From a virus (taxonomy: Duplodnaviria; Caudoviricetes): DNA of 63,187 bases. Under the pieces are notes generated by a model. That model had not been told where the DNA came from. It made no database searches and was given only the letters and a program-made list of their open reading frames with translations. Every line of letters begins with the position of its first letter. Within the stretch, counting starts at the first letter, position 1. The stretch spans positions 1-63,187 of the IMG/VR virus record IMGVR_UViG_3300042507_002438, one strand, 5' to 3'. The translations under genes were made by a program, and so were the position numbers. This document shows positions 55,068-63,187 of this stretch, piece after piece.

Positions 55068-55401
55068 GCCATTCCGTGACATTACTATGACACAGTTGTA
55101 AACAGGGAGCGAAGGTAGGGCAGCAAGCAAGCATACACGAACGAACGACGTACACGAACGACGAACGGCAGCGGACACGGTCAGCATGTATATTATGTAG
55201 GTAGGTATGTCATCCAAGGCCTACAGAAAATGCCAAAAATCTACAAGAAAAAGGCCGAAACCGAGACCCCCCTATCGCGAAAAAATCGGTTTCCGGGATC
55301 GGCGGCTGGACGTCAAATGGGTATATTACCCAAAATATCCACATTTCCAACGACTTTTTTCAGGCAATACAACTACCGGTTTCGGGGATATTCTGTGAAT
55401 A

Positions 55402-55571
55402 GTGTTGATTTCTAACATTTTGATGTTGATTTTGTGTTGATGTAACCCGCGTCAATACTGGGAATGTTGAAAATGTTAACTTTTTCTCTTAAAAATGAAA
55501 AATTAAAAATAATATTCTCACATATATTATCCTATATATATAAAGGGGCCGGTCACTTTAACATTCAACAT
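55402..55571. other. Origin-like element (copy B)
   Basis: TGTTGAT iterons, TGTTGAAAATGTTAAC, CTCAC...CTATATATATAAAG.GGCC, TTAACATTCAACAT in the same order as at 45177-45357. Confidence 0.6.
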
Positions 55572-55600
55572 TACTTTTTTGAGTTGTATCTTTGCCTGAA

Positions 55601-56227
55601 ATGAATCTAAAACAGGTCAATTTTAACGGCTACTACAAGGAAGAGTCGTCAAAGAAGCAGGTCTACCTGCACCATACTGCCGGAAGTGCGGACGGAGAGC
55701 GTCAGTTTCAGTTTTGGGACGCGGACGCGGTGAAGGTTGCGACGTGTGTTTGCGTGAGTAGGAGTGGAGAGGTGGTGCAGGGGTTTGGGAGTAAGTACTG
55801 GGCTCATCACTTGGGCCTGAGCAGCAAGCACTTTAAGGCTCGCGGCATTGGGTACCGCAACCTGGACCGCTCGTCAATCGGGATCGAGATCTGTAACTGG
55901 GGCTGGCTCAAAAAGGACGGGGACAACTTCTTCACGTATACGGGCACGAAGATTCACAAGGACCTGGTAGTCGAGCTGGAGACGCCATACCGCGGCCAAA
56001 AGTACTGGGAGGCGTACACGCCGGAGCAGATCGAGGCGACAAGAGAGCTACTGGTGCTGTGGCGTGACAAGTACGGCATACCAATGACATACAACGGGGA
56101 CATATGGGACGTGACGATGCGAGCGCTAAAGGGTGACCCAGGCCTTTACACACACAATAGTGTGAGGTCAGACAAGACGGACGTGTACCCTCATCCACAG
56201 CTAGTAAACATGCTAAAGGGGCTATGA
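55601..56227 (+). CDS. N-acetylmuramoyl-L-alanine amidase (Amidase_2 endolysin)
   Basis: LHHTAG, WAHH, SIGIEI, YT.EQ, TH....DK.D..P; ATG 6 nt after TATCTTTG (55587). Confidence 0.9.
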   Translation: MNLKQVNFNGYYKEESSKKQVYLHHTAGSADGERQFQFWDADAVKVATCVCVSRSGEVVQGFGSKYWAHHLGLSSKHFKARGIGYRNLDRSSIGIEICNWGWLKKDGDNFFTYTGTKIHKDLVVELETPYRGQKYWEAYTPEQIEATRELLVLWRDKYGIPMTYNGDIWDVTMRALKGDPGLYTHNSVRSDKTDVYPHPQLVNMLKGL

Positions 56228-56754
56228 GCAGGCACGCAGCGCTGCCATTTCACCTATACGTCAATGTCAAGAACTCATTCCTTGGGCCTGACATGCCTGA
56301 GGGGACGACACGGGCCATATGGCACGGGGTCTACGGGCGTCCGTACCAACTACTGCTGTGCCACGTGATGCTGGATAGCGGAGCACACTGGTCAGGCCTG
56401 CCGCTACACGCCATCTCTACCACGGACGACTTCTCGCTGACACACCAAGAGCTGATGCCGTGGAAGTGCATGGGGGACCAGATGGACGTGGTGCACATGC
56501 CGTACCTGGAGGGGCTGGTAGCAAACACTAGGGCCGGGGCTGGCAGACACACCGGGCTGGTGATAGACTGGACGGACGGTTACAGCCGGTACCAGCAGGA
56601 GCACAAGCCACTGAGCTTGGTCGCGCTAGACGCTGGACAGTACGCGCTGATGCCTAACAACTACTGCCGGTACACGGACGATCACTTCACGGACCAGGCC
56701 CGAACAGAAGACACTAAGATGTACAGACGCGGTGAGGACATATACTGGGAATAA
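56224..56754 (+). CDS. Conserved-looking phage protein of unknown function
   Basis: GA.W..LP..A...W.C...DW...EHK...G.YA..PNN pattern; GC-rich. Confidence 0.75.
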   Translation: MSRHAALPFHLYVNVKNSFLGPDMPEGTTRAIWHGVYGRPYQLLLCHVMLDSGAHWSGLPLHAISTTDDFSLTHQELMPWKCMGDQMDVVHMPYLEGLVANTRAGAGRHTGLVIDWTDGYSRYQQEHKPLSLVALDAGQYALMPNNYCRYTDDHFTDQARTEDTKMYRRGEDIYWE

Positions 56755-56774
56755 ATTAGTATATTTGTGGCATT

Positions 56775-57293
56775 ATGGCAATTAAGAAAAAGAAAAACCC
56801 TGAACCACCAAAGGGTACAACATTAAAGGCAAGTGCTGCTCGCTACTCTGAGACTCGTCAGCAGACTAGCAAAAGGTTTGCTGATAAATACGAGGATAGT
56901 GACCTTAATGATGATGGATATAGAAAGTATGACAGAGGTAGTTATGCAGCGTCTATTCGAGATGACGATGACCAAAGGCAAAGAGGTCTCAAGTCAAAAG
57001 ACAAGGGGATGGTTGGAATGAGCGGACGGGACCCCATTACTGGGCGTGACACTAGATATGGGATGGAAAGTACTAAAGCTATAAAGGCCCTAGGAAAAGT
57101 AGGTGAGACTTCAAAAGCAAAGTTAGCTTCAAAAAAGAAGCCAATGTCAATGGAGGTTTACTCTGCTGGAATGGCTAATAAGGCTAATCAACCAAAGGGG
57201 CAAACTTTAAAAGCTACACCAGTTAAAGCTAAATCAGCACCATCTTCTGTGAAGGCTCCTGCTAAACCAACAGCAAAAAAGAAAGGTAAATAA
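56775..57293 (+). CDS. Basic low-complexity protein ending KKKGK
   Basis: K/A/P-rich, internal PKGxTLKA repeat; -7 box at 56760. Confidence 0.7.
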   Translation: MAIKKKKNPEPPKGTTLKASAARYSETRQQTSKRFADKYEDSDLNDDGYRKYDRGSYAASIRDDDDQRQRGLKSKDKGMVGMSGRDPITGRDTRYGMESTKAIKALGKVGETSKAKLASKKKPMSMEVYSAGMANKANQPKGQTLKATPVKAKSAPSSVKAPAKPTAKKKGK

Positions 57294-57295
57294 TC

Positions 57296-57604
57296 ATGGC
57301 AAAGATGAAAACTCAACGCAAAGGACCCGGAGACCCAAAGAGGCTATCTGCTTATGGTAGCTACTACGCAAGCGGCGAAGGAAAAAACATAAATGCAGGA
57401 GCTGAAGGTACTGTTGAGTACGGTAAAAATTCTCTTTCTGGTAGCATTGACGTTGGTAGAGGCTATAAGAACGTAAACCTTGAGTACAAAAGAAATATAA
57501 ACAAAAATGTTTCTGTTTCTGCAAACTATGGATCAGGAAATTCTTACGGAGTAAACGCAAGAGTAAACATTCCAATAGGAAGTAAAAAGAAAAAAGGTAA
57601 ATAA
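57296..57604 (+). CDS. Beta-strand-rich basic protein ending KKKGK
   Basis: Alternating hydrophobic/G/S/N strands. Confidence 0.65.
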   Translation: MAKMKTQRKGPGDPKRLSAYGSYYASGEGKNINAGAEGTVEYGKNSLSGSIDVGRGYKNVNLEYKRNINKNVSVSANYGSGNSYGVNARVNIPIGSKKKKGK

Positions 57605-57622
57605 TGCCTATATTTGCCGTGC

Positions 57623-58303
57623 ATGCACGAGCAAGAAGACGTATTTAGGGCCAAAAAGAAGCCCAAGAACCCAATTAAATTCAAGTTACAGCTCAACGAG
57701 GAGCAAAAGCAAGCAAAATCGGTCATACTACACAGTCCGATAACGGTCATAACGGGGGCAGCAGGGAGTGGAAAGACGCTCCTTGCTACCGCAACCGGCC
57801 TTGACCTGTTATTTACAAAGGAAGTGGAGAAGTTGGTGATAACCAGGCCTGCGGTTCTTGCCGGAGAGGACCTCGGATTCCTTCCTGGAGACATACAGGA
57901 GAAGATGGACCCGTGGCTACAGCCAATATACCAGAACTTTTACGCACTTTATGGCAAGGAGGCCATAGAAAAAGAGCTAGCGGAGGGCAGAATACAGATC
58001 CTTCCGATGGGATACGTGCGTGGAATCACGTTTGTGGACTCATTTGTCATAGCGGACGAGGTGCAGAACCTGACGGACAACCAGATGCAGGCACTTTTGG
58101 GTCGGTTGGGACGTGGATCCAAGATGGTGCTGTGCGGAGACGTGAGCCAGATTGACTTGAAGAACAAAAAACAGTCAGGCCTGCCATTCTTAAAGAAGGT
58201 GAGCATGTCAGTAGACGAGGTGAAGATGGTGTGCTTGCAGACAAACCACAGGCACGACGTTGTGGAGAAGATATTAGCAGTATACAAAACATACGAGGAC
58301 TAA
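57623..58303 (+). CDS. phoH: PhoH-like ATPase
   Basis: GAAGSGKT, ITRP, GFLPG..EK..P, RG.TF, DE.QN, R.G..SK..L.GD..Q.D. Confidence 0.93.
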   Translation: MHEQEDVFRAKKKPKNPIKFKLQLNEEQKQAKSVILHSPITVITGAAGSGKTLLATATGLDLLFTKEVEKLVITRPAVLAGEDLGFLPGDIQEKMDPWLQPIYQNFYALYGKEAIEKELAEGRIQILPMGYVRGITFVDSFVIADEVQNLTDNQMQALLGRLGRGSKMVLCGDVSQIDLKNKKQSGLPFLKKVSMSVDEVKMVCLQTNHRHDVVEKILAVYKTYED

Positions 58304-58335
58304 TATTCGTATATTTGCAGTAATAAAATCAAATT

Positions 58336-59877
58336 ATGATCGTAAAAAACATTGAATTCGACAAGGATCGACTGTTAGTTGGTATCTCAAAGATTGCCGC
58401 AGCAGTTGGAAGTACGATGGGACCGATGGGTCGCACGGTGTTGTTAGAGTCAGAGAACCACGTCGGTGGCGTTACAGTCACAAAGGACGGGGTAACAGTT
58501 GCTAGAGGGATCACTCTAGAAGACCCGGTAGAGAATTTAGCGGTTACATTGATGAAGCAGGCAGCAGAGAAGACTGCGGTAAGTGCCGGAGACGGTACGA
58601 CCACGTCAATTGTGCTGACGCATGCCATCATCGACACGTTTATTGCCAGCGGAAGAGAGGCCGTGGCAAGTGAGATGCGTGCAATTAAGAAAAGTTCAGA
58701 GGAGATCATCGAGAGACTAAAGGAGATGGCTGTTCCAGTGACTGACGAGACGTTACTACACGTTGCGACGATCAGCGCTAACGGAGACGAAGAGATTGGT
58801 CAGTTAGTGGCTGACGTATTCATGCGAGTTGGCGGCTCTGGGGTTGTTACGGTGGAGAGAAGCAATACCAGCAAGACGTACTTTGAGATCTCTGAGGGAA
58901 TGCGCATCAACAGAGGATGGACCAGTCCATACTTTATTACGGACCACAAAAAGAGAGAGGCTGTATTGGACAATCCATACGTGCTAGTGACGGACAGAGA
59001 GATACAGAGCATCCAAAGCATCGAGCACATATTGGCGCCGCTGGTGAGAGACGGCAAGAGCATACTAATCATCGGAGAGATGAACACGCACGCGTTGAAC
59101 GCTCTGAACATGAACGTTGCTAAGGGCACGATCAAGGCGGCTGCCGTGGTTCCTCCGCAGTTTGGATACAAAAGAAAAGAATTAATGGCTGACATCGCTA
59201 ACGCTGTTGGTGCAAAGTATATCAGCGACGAGGTTGGGGACGACTTTGGCCTGGTTAATATTTCTGACCTGGGGCGCGTGAGCAAGGCGGTGATCGGAAA
59301 GGACTCAACGGTGATGGTGATGCAAGACAACTCTTTGGCAAAGAATAGAGCGGACGAGTTGTTGTCGATGGAGGCTCCGGTGGACGAGGAGGAGAAGAAG
59401 TTCTTGGCAGAGAGAATCGCGACGCTAAACGGTAGTGTTGGGGTTGTGTATGTTGGGGCGCAGACGGACATCGAGCAGAAAGAGAAGTACGACAGGGTGG
59501 ACGACGCGGTGAGCGCTACAAAGGCTGCAATCGAGGAGGGAATCCTTCCTGGCGGTGGTTACGCACTGTTAAAGATCAGTGAGACCATGCCAGAAGACGA
59601 CGTGATGACTAATGCGGTGACAATTCCGTTCTACACCATATTGGAGAACGCTGGATTCGACGAGGACATGATCCAGACGGTGTGTGACGAGTTTGACGCC
59701 AATGGTCGGGCATTCAACCCTGTGACTCAGGAGTTTGGAGACATGATGGAGATGGGAATCGTTGACCCACTTAAAGTTACAAGAAGTGCAATCGAGAACG
59801 CGGTGAGCGTTGCTACGACTATCTTGAGCACACAGGCAATCATTTATAACATGAGAGAGCATGAGAGCGGTAAATAA
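58336..59877 (+). CDS. groEL: Chaperonin GroEL
   Basis: TMGP.GR, TKDGVTVA, AGDGTTT, TISANGD, EEGILPGGG, GIVDP.KVTR.A. Confidence 0.96.
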   Translation: MIVKNIEFDKDRLLVGISKIAAAVGSTMGPMGRTVLLESENHVGGVTVTKDGVTVARGITLEDPVENLAVTLMKQAAEKTAVSAGDGTTTSIVLTHAIIDTFIASGREAVASEMRAIKKSSEEIIERLKEMAVPVTDETLLHVATISANGDEEIGQLVADVFMRVGGSGVVTVERSNTSKTYFEISEGMRINRGWTSPYFITDHKKREAVLDNPYVLVTDREIQSIQSIEHILAPLVRDGKSILIIGEMNTHALNALNMNVAKGTIKAAAVVPPQFGYKRKELMADIANAVGAKYISDEVGDDFGLVNISDLGRVSKAVIGKDSTVMVMQDNSLAKNRADELLSMEAPVDEEEKKFLAERIATLNGSVGVVYVGAQTDIEQKEKYDRVDDAVSATKAAIEEGILPGGGYALLKISETMPEDDVMTNAVTIPFYTILENAGFDEDMIQTVCDEFDANGRAFNPVTQEFGDMMEMGIVDPLKVTRSAIENAVSVATTILSTQAIIYNMREHESGK

Positions 59878-60118
59878 TTTTGTGATCATTGACGAGCTGG
59901 TGGAGGAGAAAAAGACCTCCACCGGCCTAATACTGACGGCTGACGAGAGCGAGGAGATGCGCTACGGCAAGGGAACGGTTGTAGAGGCTGGAGACAAGGT
60001 TGTGGTTGTCAAGAAGGGAGACGTCATATACTTTGACAAGAGACAGGGTCACCAGGTGAGACTGGAGGGCACGCTGTACGGTATCATTAGAGAGCAAGAC
60101 GTAGTAGTAATATTATGA
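59861..60118 (+). CDS. groES: Co-chaperonin GroES
   Basis: EKKT.TGL.L mobile loop, G.VV..G, K.GD.I.F, E.DV..IL. Confidence 0.9.
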   Translation: MRAVNNFVIIDELVEEKKTSTGLILTADESEEMRYGKGTVVEAGDKVVVVKKGDVIYFDKRQGHQVRLEGTLYGIIREQDVVVIL

Positions 60119-60771
60119 GCATTATATACCAGTACCGCCTGAGGAATCAGATCAGAAATATGTCCGACTACTTTAAAAATAAGTGGAAGGCTGGAGACTT
60201 GGAGGCTAAAAACTTTTACGAGTGGCTTTCGAGTATCGATCAGTACGTGCCTGACTCAATGGACGGTGGGCTGTTTTCTCAGACTGGTGACTCTACCCCG
60301 ATAACAAACACTACCGCAGAGACGACAATGGTCAATGGTGGTGTCGGTGCTTTATTCGTGCCCGCTAATAACTTTAGGGTCGGAGACTCATTCATCGCTA
60401 CAATGCATGGTAATCTTACATGCCAGAATAACGCTACAATAAGAATAAGGATAAAGGCAAACTCTATTGTGGTTGCTGACACGGGGTTAATTACACTGGC
60501 TCATGCTACTTCAAATCACTATGACCTTTCTATATACTTTACTGTTAGGCAAATTGGAGTAGCTGGAGTTGCTAGTTTAATGACGACTGGAACATTTACG
60601 TATAACAAGTCATCAAATAATTCCCCGGAGAGGATAGGCATAGAAAGCCTTGATGTTTCTAATTTTGACACTACAATAGACAACGTTCTAGACATAACTG
60701 CACAGTGGGGTGCTGCTAGTCCAAGTAATTCTATTGACACTCATACGTTTAACCTGTACAAGATTTTTTAG
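60115..60771 (+). CDS. Structural (fibre/spike-like) protein
   Basis: Beta-rich, T/S/N-rich; FDTTI.N.L.IT.QW. Confidence 0.6.
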   Translation: MSIIYQYRLRNQIRNMSDYFKNKWKAGDLEAKNFYEWLSSIDQYVPDSMDGGLFSQTGDSTPITNTTAETTMVNGGVGALFVPANNFRVGDSFIATMHGNLTCQNNATIRIRIKANSIVVADTGLITLAHATSNHYDLSIYFTVRQIGVAGVASLMTTGTFTYNKSSNNSPERIGIESLDVSNFDTTIDNVLDITAQWGAASPSNSIDTHTFNLYKIF

Positions 60772-60783
60772 TATATTTGCGGT

Positions 60784-61122
60784 ATGAGTTTTTCAAAGAT
60801 ACCTTCAACAAAGGCACTCTTGATAACTCCCAGCGACGAGAACTTTTTGCCTCCAATAAATGCGGGGGCTTCCGGTGTAGCGGTTTATGTTGGTATTGGC
60901 GGTCAGATCACTGTCGTTAATAGCTCAAATGTAACACAGGTAATAGAGGCTACGTCTGGTGAGTTGTTGGACGTGCTAGTAAAGAAGGTGCTTAATACTG
61001 GGACTAGCGCCACTAGTTTGCTTGGAATATACAGAATAGTTGGTGGTGGTTCTTTTGGTAATACTCAGTGGCAATCACTTACAGTACAAAATTGGAATAA
61101 CATAACAGATACCTGGAGCTAA
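60784..61122 (+). CDS. Second head spike base-like protein with Trp-rich tail
   Basis: ITPSD...YVG.GG...V.VKKV..TGTSAT, similar to 1880-2137. Confidence 0.6.
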   Translation: MSFSKIPSTKALLITPSDENFLPPINAGASGVAVYVGIGGQITVVNSSNVTQVIEATSGELLDVLVKKVLNTGTSATSLLGIYRIVGGGSFGNTQWQSLTVQNWNNITDTWS

Positions 61123-61124
61123 AT

Positions 61125-62390
61125 ATGGGAACAAGTTTAAACGGAACCACGCCATCGTCTACCTACCCTGGACTAATAAAGACGACAAATAATAACCAGC
61201 TGGACGCTGTGCTTAGGACAATTACTGACGGTAATGGAAACGATACCCCATTAAAGTTATCTACCGCTGCTGTTGGTATTGGGTCTATAACCAATGTAGA
61301 GACTGCAATAAATGGAAAACAGGGAGCGATAACACTTACCACTACGGGTACAAGTGGGGCTGCGACATTAGTTGGCAATACATTAAATATCCCACAGTAC
61401 AGCGGAGGAGCAGCAGGAGTAACTACCCTTGATGGGTTAAGTGGTGCAATAACATTGGTGGAGGGTGCAAATGTAACCATCACCGATAACGGCACAAATC
61501 AAATCACGATAGCCGCTGCAAGTGGTGGTGTTACCGATGGTGACAAAGGAGATATAACCGTAACAAGTAGCGGAGCGACTTGGACTATTGACAACGGTGT
61601 TGTAAGTAATGCTAAATTAGGCACAGGGATTGACGCTGCAAAGTTGGCTGACGGAAGTGTAAGTAATACTGAGTTTCAAACATTAAACGGTGTTACATCT
61701 GCAATTCAAACGCAGTTAGACGGCAAAGTTGACGAAAACGCTGCAATCACAGGAGCGACAAAAACGAAAATAACCTACGATGCAAAAGGTTTAGTAACTG
61801 CTGGGGCAGATGCAACAACGGCAGACATTGCAGATAGCAGCAATAAACGCTATGTGACTGATGCACAATTAACGGTTATTGGAAACACAAGCGGAACGAA
61901 TAGCGGTGACAATGCAACAAACTCGCAGTATAGCGGTTTAGCGGCAAGTAAAGAGGACGTTGCAAATAAAAGCACATCAGTAACAACTGACCAAGCCTCC
62001 AACACTAAATACCCATCAGTAAAGGCGGTGTACGATTGGGCAGTAGGGTTATTCGCTACTATTGCGAATCTTGCATTAAAGACCGATAAATTGGTGACAA
62101 CTAATCGCCAAACGGCATCTTATACACTTGTTTTGTCTGATGCTGACAAGTTGGTTGAAATGAACGTGGGGAGTGCTAACAATTTAACCGTTCCTGCATC
62201 AGTTTTTTCTGCGGGTACTCAAATACTTTTGGCGCAATACGGAGCGGGACAAACTACAATCGTAGCGGGTAGCGGTATGACTATTCGCAGTAACGGCGGT
62301 AAACTTAAATTAAACGTTCAATATAGCGGTGCAACTTTGATATTTTTAAGTGGCACTGAAGCCTATTTATTTGGAGACATAGTAGCATGA
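61125..62390 (+). CDS. Tail fibre protein
   Basis: G/T/A-rich; DGDKGDITV, IQTQLDGK, K.TYDAKGLV, YTLVL.D...Q.GAGQ.T motifs. Confidence 0.8.
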   Translation: MGTSLNGTTPSSTYPGLIKTTNNNQLDAVLRTITDGNGNDTPLKLSTAAVGIGSITNVETAINGKQGAITLTTTGTSGAATLVGNTLNIPQYSGGAAGVTTLDGLSGAITLVEGANVTITDNGTNQITIAAASGGVTDGDKGDITVTSSGATWTIDNGVVSNAKLGTGIDAAKLADGSVSNTEFQTLNGVTSAIQTQLDGKVDENAAITGATKTKITYDAKGLVTAGADATTADIADSSNKRYVTDAQLTVIGNTSGTNSGDNATNSQYSGLAASKEDVANKSTSVTTDQASNTKYPSVKAVYDWAVGLFATIANLALKTDKLVTTNRQTASYTLVLSDADKLVEMNVGSANNLTVPASVFSAGTQILLAQYGAGQTTIVAGSGMTIRSNGGKLKLNVQYSGATLIFLSGTEAYLFGDIVA

Positions 62391-63187
62391 TATTAGCAAC
62401 ACACGGAATTGTTGGAAGTCAGATAGTTCAATCATTTGATACTGATGCTCAAGCATTTTTTGACCGAGTAACAACTGCTGGGGGTAATTTATCAAGTACT
62501 GAAAAAAATGCAGTAAATACATTGGTTATTCAAATGAAAAATTACGGCATTTGGACTAAAATGAAAGCCATATATCCAATGGTTGGAGCAAGTGCAGCGG
62601 CTTGTGCTCAAAATTTAAAGAGTTCAAGTTTTACAGGGACGTTTAATGGCGGTTGGACATTTGCAAGTACAGGTGTAACTCCTAATGGAAGCACGGGTTA
62701 TTTTGATACTGGATTAAATACAACTACTCATTTAAGTTATTTAAGTGCTTCTTTTAGTGTTTATATAAGAACAGAAAGCATGGGTAGTAATTTTGTTGTT
62801 GATATGGGTAATTCAACAAACACATACTCTCCAATAACTAATATAGAAGTCAATACAGATGGTACGTCAAGGAATCAATATTGTTGGGACTTTACCGCAA
62901 ATAGAGGTTTAGCAACAATAAACACTACTAACTCCCGTGGAATGTGGGGAACATCAAGAACTGCATCAAGTACTTGGGTTTCATTTGAAAGAAATACTGC
63001 CGTAGGGAAAACAACATCAAGCACCAACACGTCTTTACCTAATTTTAACACATACATTGGAGCAACTAATTTTAGTGGTACTGCTGCTCAATTTTCATCA
63101 AAACAAAATGCTTTTGCGCACATAGGAGATGGTTTAACAACAGTTGAATTTAATAACCTTTATTCAGCAGTACAATTAATGCAACTT
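62387..63187 (+). CDS. Tail-associated beta-sandwich protein (about 273 aa, continues to position 218)
   Basis: D.DAQAF...IWTKMKAIYP..G...NG.TG..DTG; open to the window end. Confidence 0.8.
   Translation, partial: MILATHGIVGSQIVQSFDTDAQAFFDRVTTAGGNLSSTEKNAVNTLVIQMKNYGIWTKMKAIYPMVGASAAACAQNLKSSSFTGTFNGGWTFASTGVTPNGSTGYFDTGLNTTTHLSYLSASFSVYIRTESMGSNFVVDMGNSTNTYSPITNIEVNTDGTSRNQYCWDFTANRGLATINTTNSRGMWGTSRTASSTWVSFERNTAVGKTTSSTNTSLPNFNTYIGATNFSGTAAQFSSKQNAFAHIGDGLTTVEFNNLYSAVQLMQL
62991..63187 (+). repeat. Terminal direct repeat, copy 2
   Basis: 196/197 identical to 1-197. Confidence 0.97.

Noticed and set aside
55207-55415. Two short + strand ORFs
   Set aside because: Overlapping, low-complexity, in a repeat-rich regulatory/terminus region with no promoter or motif support

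Overview
This window is an apparently complete, circularly permuted ~62,990-bp lytic tailed-phage genome; positions 1-197 repeat at 62991-63187. Many TAnnTTTG promoter boxes and a VirE-N/BT4734-type primase point to a Bacteroidota host. The + strand arm (55.6 kb, through the junction, to 33.2 kb) carries the amidase, PhoH, GroEL/GroES, tail, lysis, terminase, portal, capsid and podovirus-type tail genes and a 3524-aa multidomain protein. The - strand arm (54.9 to 33.2 kb) carries early small genes, ERF/exonuclease/SSB, primase, SNF2 helicase, class II RNR and a phosphoesterase. I recognised no DNA polymerase, integrase or canonical tRNA. The standout feature is an RNA-based gene-punctuation system in the early region (51.6-54.9 kb, - strand). 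Small genes share a leader ACACUAUAUC-AUG, and about 20 nt upstream of five of these AUGs sits either a textbook type I hammerhead ribozyme (2 copies) or a 46-48 nt mini-tRNA with acceptor stem, T arm and ACCA but no anticodon arm (3 copies). The 5' leader of the same transcript contains a near-perfect antisense copy of the shared motif. A related 163-nt tRNA-shaped RNA with its own promoter lies at 36.6 kb. All protein calls are by motif recognition and gene context only; no database searches were run.
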